A stretch of 64,000 nt of DNA from a virus (lineage: Duplodnaviria > Caudoviricetes): IMG/VR virus record IMGVR_UViG_3300047400_000324, positions 11,757-75,756 of that record, one strand, 5' to 3'. Below are positions 28,104 to 35,057 of this stretch, piece by piece (position 1 is the stretch's first letter; each line of letters opens with the position of its first letter). The position numbers were made by a program, and so were the translations under genes. The notes beneath the pieces are model-generated. The model made no database searches. It was not told the origin of the DNA and saw nothing but the letters and a program-made list of their open reading frames with translations.

Positions 28104-29312
28104 TTATTTTTCGTCGAGTTTTATATTACCAGAGCGACCATTTCCTTTGGGTAATGCAACTCTCATTGGGGGTCCATCGTGATCTAATTCATCGACATGT
28201 TTTGCAGAAGCATTTAATTTGTTATCACCCGATTTAACAAGATAACTTGCTGTGCCTTCAGGACCTTCAAATTTTCCTTCACCTGTAGTAGCTTCTCTTC
28301 TCACAAAACCATTCAATTTTGGATGATCTTCATGAAGTTTATCTAATATAGATTGTGCCTTTTTCCTATGTTCTTCTTGTTCTTCTTTAGAAGCATTTTT
28401 CATATTATTCAAGTGCTTCGACACTGTTTTCATTCTATTCATTATATCATTATGAATTTCTTGTCTTTGTTTTTCATTATGATTACGATAATCGGGGTGT
28501 GAAGATAACATTTGATTTGTGGCATGATGAACGACGGCAGAAGATTCTTCTGGACCAGCAGACATAAGTTGTGATCCACCACCCTTTTTCATTGAAATCC
28601 TAACGCCTTCTGTTCCATCGCCATTTGGATTTCTTAAAACTAAATCAGCTTTCGATGTTGCCGAAGAAGCTCCATATTTTCCCCACAATGAAGATAATTT
28701 AGATTTAGATGCACCTGCAACACTGGCTCTATAACCTTTTTTAACAGCATCTTTCAATTTTGGATGATTACGCAACGCAATAATACTACCTACAGCTGTA
28801 TGCAATTCCTTATGATAGGAATCTTTATGGTCTTCGGTTTTTTTACCACCTGAAAATCCATCATTTTCTGCATTGGAAAAATGTAAAGGATGATTTTTAT
28901 CATTTTTTGCTTTTTCTATTTCTTGATGCAATTTTTCTTCTGTATCTATACCATGATCTATCGCATAATTCCATATTTTTGTATGTGCATGTTCATCATT
29001 GTATGTTGGTGATTTTCCTTTTGGTTTTTTCAATTTACTCATAGGTATGGTTATTTTATTTCCGTCATCTTTACTAACAACAACATGATGAATACCTTTA
29101 TCATCTATTTGATGACTATGCAATGTTACTCTATCTCCAGGATTGAATTCACCAATTTTACTTGATATTTCATGAGTACCATCGCCAGTATGTCTTGAAC
29201 CTCCTGGCAAATATGGTTTAATATATTTTTCATGATCGTAATTAGCTCTATTTCCACTGGATGTCAAATTAGCTTCGGATATAAGAAATTTCAATTGTTT
29301 AGCTGTGATCAT
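28104..29312 (-). CDS. Hypothetical protein, possible PD-(D/E)xK-like domain
   Basis: TSKADLVL...VRISMKKGGGSQLMS; N-terminal FLISE. Confidence 0.5.
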   Translation of the reverse strand: MITAKQLKFLISEANLTSSGNRANYDHEKYIKPYLPGGSRHTGDGTHEISSKIGEFNPGDRVTLHSHQIDDKGIHHVVVSKDDGNKITIPMSKLKKPKGKSPTYNDEHAHTKIWNYAIDHGIDTEEKLHQEIEKAKNDKNHPLHFSNAENDGFSGGKKTEDHKDSYHKELHTAVGSIIALRNHPKLKDAVKKGYRASVAGASKSKLSSLWGKYGASSATSKADLVLRNPNGDGTEGVRISMKKGGGSQLMSAGPEESSAVVHHATNQMLSSHPDYRNHNEKQRQEIHNDIMNRMKTVSKHLNNMKNASKEEQEEHRKKAQSILDKLHEDHPKLNGFVRREATTGEGKFEGPEGTASYLVKSGDNKLNASAKHVDELDHDGPPMRVALPKGNGRSGNIKLDEK

Positions 29313-29316
29313 GGAT

Positions 29317-29943
29317 TCAATGCCTTGTTGTTACTACTATTGTTTTTCTGGTATATGGATTATGTTTAACTAGATGCGAATACAATTTCACATCGGGATG
29401 TTCCAATTTCAATTTAGCAAATTCTTTATGGTTACCTTCATCGTCATCATAAAGATGCACCTCTTTCAATTTATCTCGTTTAATTAAATCCGATAAAACT
29501 CTTCTTTTTCGATCTCCAGTAGATGTGCCTTCTACATTTCCAGCCCTTCTCAAATGTGTTTTATCTATATCTATACCATATCTTTTTAAATGATGTTTGA
29601 CTGCCAGTTTATCGTCTAAATCCGATCTAGCTGTAAGTATTTCTGTTCTATTTCCTCTTTGGCGAAGTTTATTCAATCTATTTATCATCGAACGAATTGG
29701 AGTTCCGGATTTACGCAATACTTTTGCAGATTTAAATTCACCAAAATCATATTTGTGACCTAAAGGCAATTTATGTTTATTGAATTCCTGTGTGGTTAAA
29801 CTTCTAACTCTATTACCGTTGCTATCTATAACGTGAATTTTAATTTTATGAGGATCGTGGTGTATCAATGTATCATCTAAATCGAAGAAAAAAGCTTTAT
29901 TTCGTATACCCTCAGTTATAAATTCTTTGAAAGAAATCATCAA
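29317..29943 (-). CDS. HAD-superfamily phosphatase
   Basis: FDLDDTL motif I, ILTAR motif II, K, LYDDD motif IV; N-terminal FKEFITE. Confidence 0.8.
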   Translation of the reverse strand: MMISFKEFITEGIRNKAFFFDLDDTLIHHDPHKIKIHVIDSNGNRVRSLTTQEFNKHKLPLGHKYDFGEFKSAKVLRKSGTPIRSMINRLNKLRQRGNRTEILTARSDLDDKLAVKHHLKRYGIDIDKTHLRRAGNVEGTSTGDRKRRVLSDLIKRDKLKEVHLYDDDEGNHKEFAKLKLEHPDVKLYSHLVKHNPYTRKTIVVTTRH

Positions 29944-29958
29944 AATTTCCTTTCTTTT

Positions 29959-30032
29959 TATAAATAGTTAATACTAGTCGCGGACTGCCATCCCACTAGT
30001 TCTATTGCTAGAGAAAAAAAAGGAGCAACAGC
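29959..30032 (+). promoter_or_regulatory. Late promoter plus structured leader of HNH gene 1
   Basis: TATAAATA 29959-66; ACTAGT-CGC-GGA(CTGCCA)TCC-C-ACTAGT-TCTA; TTGCT/AGCAA hairpin overlapping GGAG. Confidence 0.65.
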
Positions 30033-30611
30033 ATGATTGATATTTATAATTCATCAGATTACAGAAAAATTTTCATGAAAACATATGGTTCTATACCTAA
30101 AGACAAGGACGGTAGATCATATGAAATTCATCATATAGATGGAAATAATTCAAATAATTCTCCAGAAAATTTGAAAGCTGTTTCTATAGAAGAACATTAT
30201 TATATTCATTTGTCTCAAGGTGATTATGGCGCTTGTTTATTAATATCAAGTAGAATGACTACAACACCAGAAGAAAAGAGCAATTTGGCTAGATCTCATG
30301 TCATTAAACAACTTGAAGAAAATAGACATCCATGGAAAACAGACTCATATCGTGAATCTCAAAGACTAAGAGCTTTATCAGAAAATAATCCATTTCTTGG
30401 AGGTGAAATTCAAAGAAAAAGTAGTAGAAAACGTGTAAGGGAAGGCACACATCATCTTTTAGGCGATAAAACAAATTTTAATATGATTAAAGAAGGTAAG
30501 CATCCATCTCAAAAAATATGGACATGCGAACATTGTGATATTATCGGTAAAGGAACAACTAATTATATTAGATGGCATGGTAATAATTGCAAAAAATTAA
30601 TAAAAAAATAA
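30033..30611 (+). CDS. Free-standing HNH homing endonuclease
   Basis: YEIHHIDGNNSNNSPENL..VSIEEH...H; C-terminal CEHC...WHGNNC; antisense to its neighbours. Confidence 0.9.
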   Translation: MIDIYNSSDYRKIFMKTYGSIPKDKDGRSYEIHHIDGNNSNNSPENLKAVSIEEHYYIHLSQGDYGACLLISSRMTTTPEEKSNLARSHVIKQLEENRHPWKTDSYRESQRLRALSENNPFLGGEIQRKSSRKRVREGTHHLLGDKTNFNMIKEGKHPSQKIWTCEHCDIIGKGTTNYIRWHGNNCKKLIKK

Positions 30612-30636
30612 GTGTCTGGAGTTTCCTCCAGACACT
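30602..30636 (-). terminator. Intrinsic terminator
   Basis: 11-bp stem AGTGTCTGGAG/CTCCAGACACT with GAAA loop, then TATTTTTTT on the minus strand. Confidence 0.85.
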
Positions 30637-30745
30637 CGATAAATTTGCAGCAATGTCGAGCGGAACCCCACCGTTATTCTCAACTATTCCTCAGATTGAT
30701 CTGCTTTGCCACTGCGTCCTAGAAACGCTAATGCTGCTTGAGATT
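30612..30745 (-). ncRNA. Candidate structured small RNA
   Basis: Bounded by TATAAATA (30747-54) and the terminator; several complementary segments; no credible minus-strand ORF. Confidence 0.5.
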
Positions 30746-30765
30746 CTATTTATATTTTTAAGATT

Positions 30766-30969
30766 TTAGAAATAAGAATTTTTAGGTGGATTTAGAAAAA
30801 AACTTGGAGTCCATCCATCAAATCCAGATCCATTATTCAACGATGTCTTTAAAATTTGTGCATCCCATTCATCCTCGCATTGCATTATATTTTGTTCAGT
30901 ACGACTTTCAAAAATTTCATAGATATCGTTATCGTCCACATTTCGTTTAATCATATAATTCATTTTCAT
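30766..30969 (-). CDS. Conserved T4-like small protein
   Basis: LNNGSGFDGWTPSFF motif; located downstream of gene 41. Confidence 0.7.
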   Translation of the reverse strand: MKMNYMIKRNVDDNDIYEIFESRTEQNIMQCEDEWDAQILKTSLNNGSGFDGWTPSFFLNPPKNSYF

Positions 30970-30975
30970 TTTCTC

Positions 30976-32178
30976 CTATGCAAATCCTTCAAATTTCTTA
31001 GAAAATTTAGACCTATTTTGAAAAAATTCATTATCTCGTTGACCATATTCTGTTTTATCCATAATTGGAATGTCGTCCTGTATATTCTCCTGTTCTGTTT
31101 GATCTACATCGTATAATTTCATTTTCGATCTATCGATACCGATAACAAATCGGCGATTTTTAGATAAATCGCTGTATCTATTTTTAAGTTGTTTTACCAT
31201 AATTTGATTGAACGATTCTAACTGTTCATTGCTAATAAGAGCAAACATCAAATCGGCAGTCGCAGGTAATCCGAAACTTTCCGAAACATCTGTCAAAACG
31301 ACATCGGACGACGCATACCCACTTCTTGTTGTTTGTGTAGCTGTAACTATAGGAAGATCGTGTTCAACAGCTAAACCACGAAATTCTTCCGCAATAGCCT
31401 TTACATAAGTATAACTATTTACCGACGCGGTATATTTTACTCGGCTAGAAGCACAAATATTGAGATAATCGATATAAATGATATCTGGAATAAAATTCTT
31501 TTTCAATTTCAATTCATTCAATAAATGTCTGAAATTTGCTGCACCAGCAGTAGACGTTGGATATTCTTTGATAATAAGCTTACCAACAGTTTTCTTTTTT
31601 ACCCTATCGATTTTTTTCATGAAAGAATCTTTTGGAACGGTTTCAATTTCATCCAAAGACATATCCAATAGATTTGCATCGATACGTTCTGCAATTCTTT
31701 CTTCAGCCATTTCCATAGTAATATAAAGAACATTTTTACCATCAAGCAAATTGCTAGCGGCAAAATGACACATCGCAAGACTTTTCCCAACACCGGTATT
31801 ATGGCTTGAAATTCCATTAGTATAATATCTATGATTTTCATGTTCTACATTAATATCTACGATAGGAATTATATTGCCGGTATAACGAACAGCTCCCCTT
31901 TCAAATCCATTTTTTGTTAAAAAATTTGCATATTCAATTTTAGATAATTGTAGCGCGCTTATCCATCCATTATCAGTTTCAAATAAATGTTCTGCATTGC
32001 ATAATACAGATTCACTATTATTTTCCAACTGAAGGCTGTATTCTTCATAAATTCCCTTATCGATAAAGAAATTTACTCCTACCCATCCATCGGGAGAATC
32101 TACTTCAATTTCATAATTTTCTTCTAACATGGTTTTTATTTTACTGATAGGGATTTCAATTTCAGTCCAAATTTTCAT
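30976..32178 (-). CDS. 41: gp41 helicase C-terminal part fused to a 127-aa C-intein
   Basis: SD AGGAG before MKIWTE (32178). Intein blocks CNAEHLF and VDINVEHENHRYYTNGISSHN, then TGVGKS (rest of Walker A), YITMEMAEE, IYIDYLNI, ATQTTR, SESFGLPATAD. Confidence 0.92.
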   Translation of the reverse strand: MKIWTEIEIPISKIKTMLEENYEIEVDSPDGWVGVNFFIDKGIYEEYSLQLENNSESVLCNAEHLFETDNGWISALQLSKIEYANFLTKNGFERGAVRYTGNIIPIVDINVEHENHRYYTNGISSHNTGVGKSLAMCHFAASNLLDGKNVLYITMEMAEERIAERIDANLLDMSLDEIETVPKDSFMKKIDRVKKKTVGKLIIKEYPTSTAGAANFRHLLNELKLKKNFIPDIIYIDYLNICASSRVKYTASVNSYTYVKAIAEEFRGLAVEHDLPIVTATQTTRSGYASSDVVLTDVSESFGLPATADLMFALISNEQLESFNQIMVKQLKNRYSDLSKNRRFVIGIDRSKMKLYDVDQTEQENIQDDIPIMDKTEYGQRDNEFFQNRSKFSKKFEGFA

Positions 32179-32192
32179 TAAAAAATTTCTCC

Positions 32193-32265
32193 TATAAATA
32201 ATATTGTAGATCGCGATGCTACCAACATCCATCTACTCTAACGTCTGAAAAGGAGACATCAGCAA
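32193..32265 (+). promoter_or_regulatory. Late promoter plus structured leader of HNH gene 2
   Basis: TATAAATA 32193-200; GTAGAT-CGC-GATG(CTACCAA)CATC-C-ATCTAC-TCTA; GTCT/AGAC hairpin overlapping GGAG. Confidence 0.65.
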
Positions 32266-32901
32266 ATGTATTTACGCATTTATAATAATCTATGTTCATC
32301 AAATTGTCAACGAAAAGAATTGTGGTTGCCAGGTTCTGGTATTCATAGACATCATATATTACCAAAACATATGGGCGGATTGGATGAAGATAATAATTAT
32401 ACATATCTATATCCACGCGAACATCAAATAGCACATTTTTTATTATGGAAAATATATAAAAATCCAAATGATCTTAGATCAATGCATATGCTTGGTGCAA
32501 AATTAACTATTTCACAGAGAAAAATTGTAGGCATTTGGTGTAGAGACAACAAAATAGGAATTCATGGTTCTTCCTCTGAAAATAGAAAACAGTGGGCTTT
32601 AAAAGGATTAGAAACACAAAAAGAATCAAATAATAAAAAAACATTTTATTATTGGTCTACAGAAACTGGCAGAAAAGAACGATGTGCTTTGGGGGGAAAA
32701 TCTGGTTCTAAAACACAAATAAAAAATAAAATTGGTATATTCGATTCTAATAAAAGAACTGAATATGCTAAACTTGGCGGACAATCATTGAAGGGAATGA
32801 TTTGCGTAACCAATGGTATTCATAGAACTAGAATTAAACCTCATTTATTAGATGAATATGTGTCAAATGGTTATCGTTTAGGATTTACTCTTTTTTCCTA
32901 A
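32266..32901 (+). CDS. Free-standing HNH homing endonuclease between the split gene 41 halves
   Basis: HRHHILPKHMGGLDEDNNYTYLYPREHQIAH.LLWK. Confidence 0.9.
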   Translation: MYLRIYNNLCSSNCQRKELWLPGSGIHRHHILPKHMGGLDEDNNYTYLYPREHQIAHFLLWKIYKNPNDLRSMHMLGAKLTISQRKIVGIWCRDNKIGIHGSSSENRKQWALKGLETQKESNNKKTFYYWSTETGRKERCALGGKSGSKTQIKNKIGIFDSNKRTEYAKLGGQSLKGMICVTNGIHRTRIKPHLLDEYVSNGYRLGFTLFS

Positions 32902-33520
32902 ATCTTATTCTAACTTTTGTATCTGGATGAACACATCCTGCCAATATAACATTCAATGTCTTTCTAGAAAGCCCGCCTTTAGTGATAAGATTCATGTATT
33001 CCAGATTGAAAGGCATTTTTGCTTCTTTACGATGATAAAAATCGTAACGAGTTTCAGCGTCTTCCAAAAAACTATGACCAATATTAGAATCGAAACTTAC
33101 AGCCAGAGCATCGGATAAAATCTGTGGTATTGCGCCTTTATCATATTTGCTATTTTTATTATCCAAAATTTGAATAGAATCCATAATAGCATTATAAACG
33201 GCTTTTTCTTGACAAAATTTTTCTGTTTTTTCTACAAGCCAATCTACTTCTGTTTTAGGATCATAAGAGAGTTGATCTATGATATCTTTGCACATATCAT
33301 GAATTGGTTGACTTATACCAGTTTTTGAATTCATTTCAACTTCAATCGCTTCCTTTGATGGAAAGCGATTGAATTTGTTTACATAATTTTCAATCAATTC
33401 AAAAATAATTTTGTCGGAAATATCATGAAAATATTCCGATTTTAGAAAAGGTATTACTTTGCGTGCATAATCGTCACGATTTATAATATTACCAAAAATT
33501 ACTTGTTCAAAAGACGCCAT
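32885..33520 (-). CDS. 41: gp41 helicase N-terminal part fused to a 16-aa N-intein
   Basis: gp41 N-terminus (RKVIPFLKSEYF, EKFCQEKAVYNAI, VSFDSNIGH); ends NVILAG-CVHPDTKVRIRFRKKE*. Confidence 0.92.
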   Translation of the reverse strand: MASFEQVIFGNIINRDDYARKVIPFLKSEYFHDISDKIIFELIENYVNKFNRFPSKEAIEVEMNSKTGISQPIHDMCKDIIDQLSYDPKTEVDWLVEKTEKFCQEKAVYNAIMDSIQILDNKNSKYDKGAIPQILSDALAVSFDSNIGHSFLEDAETRYDFYHRKEAKMPFNLEYMNLITKGGLSRKTLNVILAGCVHPDTKVRIRFRKKE

Positions 33521-33752
33521 GCAACCTCCAGGTTGTTTTATCCAATCTTATATTTCCATTTACAAAATTTTTTGCAATACTTTCCATATAATCCATGGAT
33601 TTATTCGTAGTCAAAATACTGTCGAAGAGAATTTCATCTTTATAAAAATCTACATAATAATTTCCATTCCATAAAACAATGCAAGATTTCAAAGAATCTT
33701 TTAAATTGATAAATCTATTTAATTCAACTTCATTCTGATCTATCTTCATCAT
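33507..33752 (-). CDS. Hypothetical protein (gp40 position)
   Basis: Between uvsX and 41; start placed at the ATG overlapping the uvsX end. No gp40 similarity recognised. Confidence 0.5.
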   Translation of the reverse strand: MMKIDQNEVELNRFINLKDSLKSCIVLWNGNYYVDFYKDEILFDSILTTNKSMDYMESIAKNFVNGNIRLDKTTWRLHGVF

Positions 33753-34776
33753 GGAGCATTTCCACCAATCCTGTAGAGTATTTGTTTCTAATCCATTCAG
33801 CGAAATTTGTTTCTTCAAAAATCGTTTTCCAAAATTCATTATTGTCTATAATCTCCGCAGCACGATATTTCTTATCCATCACTTCACCAGTTTCTTGATT
33901 GACTCTTGCATACCAACCAACACTTGGCTTTGTAATAAATTTGCCCTCTAATGCCAAATCCAACATTCCAGAACAACGATTGATTCCTGAATCATATGTT
34001 ACTGTAATGGGAATTTTAGATTTTTCTTTGACATAACGGGACTTTTCAATGCTGATAACAAAATGATAACCAACAATTTCTTTATCGTCTTTTTCTTGCT
34101 GACGACCAATAATCCAAATATTGTCAGCCGAATAATATACGCCAGTTCCTCCACTTACTACAGGTTTTGAATACATTTCTTGTGTCATATAGACATGATT
34201 TACCACAACCATAGGAATATCTTTCATGGTTAAATGTGGTGTTAACATTCTAAACAAAGATTTGAGTTGTTTTGCGCGTGACATATCGGCTGCCGAATTT
34301 TGTTTCATGGCATCTTCAACTTCTTTCTTCGAAGCTAAATTGCCAATAGAATCAATAATAATCATAACTTTATCGTCGCGCTTGATTTCATCCATTTGTT
34401 TCATAATATCGAATTTAAGCTGTTCGATATCAGTAACAGGTGTATGAATTACAGATTCTTTTGGTACACCGAACATATCGAAATACGATTGAGGCGTGCC
34501 AAATTCCGAATCGTAAAACAAAACAACACCATCGGAATATCTTTTAAGAAAAGCAGATGCCATCAAAAGACTAAATGCTGTTTTAAAATGCTTCGAAGGA
34601 GCAGCCAAAACAGTCAATCCGGGGGTTAAACCACCATCTATTCTACCTGACAATGCTACATTGATCATAGGAATGGCAGTCGGAATCATATCCTTTTTAC
34701 CATAAATCTTAGATTCTGTCAAGATAGCCGTATGTGACACGGTACTGTTTTTTATCAATCTTTCTTTTAAAGACAT
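33730..34776 (-). CDS. uvsX: RecA-like recombinase UvsX
   Basis: APSKHFKT, FYDSEFG, DSIGNLASKKE, SGGTG.YYSAD. Confidence 0.96.
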   Translation of the reverse strand: MSLKERLIKNSTVSHTAILTESKIYGKKDMIPTAIPMINVALSGRIDGGLTPGLTVLAAPSKHFKTAFSLLMASAFLKRYSDGVVLFYDSEFGTPQSYFDMFGVPKESVIHTPVTDIEQLKFDIMKQMDEIKRDDKVMIIIDSIGNLASKKEVEDAMKQNSAADMSRAKQLKSLFRMLTPHLTMKDIPMVVVNHVYMTQEMYSKPVVSGGTGVYYSADNIWIIGRQQEKDDKEIVGYHFVISIEKSRYVKEKSKIPITVTYDSGINRCSGMLDLALEGKFITKPSVGWYARVNQETGEVMDKKYRAAEIIDNNEFWKTIFEETNFAEWIRNKYSTGLVEMLHDEDRSE

Positions 34777-34836
34777 ATTTTATAACTCCTATTTTTTATA
34801 TCATATACTATCGAATATAATCTGTCAATACAAATT

Positions 34837-35049
34837 TCACAATTTATTCATTTTGTCGATAAAATCGTCAATGCTTTGTATACGCTGTTTTGCTGGCCAG
34901 TTTATAATATCTTTGTCTGGATTGCTTTTTAAATTGTTCAGCAAAGGCATAATCATTTTTTTCAACGTGTCAAGTTTAGAAGTATCTTCTACAGGAACTT
35001 TCACTTCAAACGTTTTCTTATCGTGAAATGTGAATCCAAAATCGTCCAT
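34837..35049 (-). CDS. Conserved T4-like small protein
   Basis: MDDFGFTF...PLLNNLKSNPDKDII.WP motif; ATG at 35049. Confidence 0.7.
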   Translation of the reverse strand: MDDFGFTFHDKKTFEVKVPVEDTSKLDTLKKMIMPLLNNLKSNPDKDIINWPAKQRIQSIDDFIDKMNKL

Positions 35050-35057
35050 ATTATTTC

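Noticed and set aside
30587-30769. 60-aa plus-strand ORF over the candidate sRNA
   Set aside because: No SD; the promoter and terminator face the minus strand.
32219-32467. Minus-strand ORF bridging the intein gap
   Set aside because: Antisense to the HNH gene, with no intein or helicase motifs.
30976-33520. gp41 as a pseudogene or frameshift/assembly error
   Set aside because: Both halves carry complementary intein blocks at the exact break, and the C-half has its own SD.
33507-33839. Track starts for several ORFs (33839, 35175, 32232, 39028, 38294, 47142, 25352)
   Set aside because: They overlap neighbouring genes or promoters; downstream ATGs, most with an SD or stop-codon overlap, were used instead.
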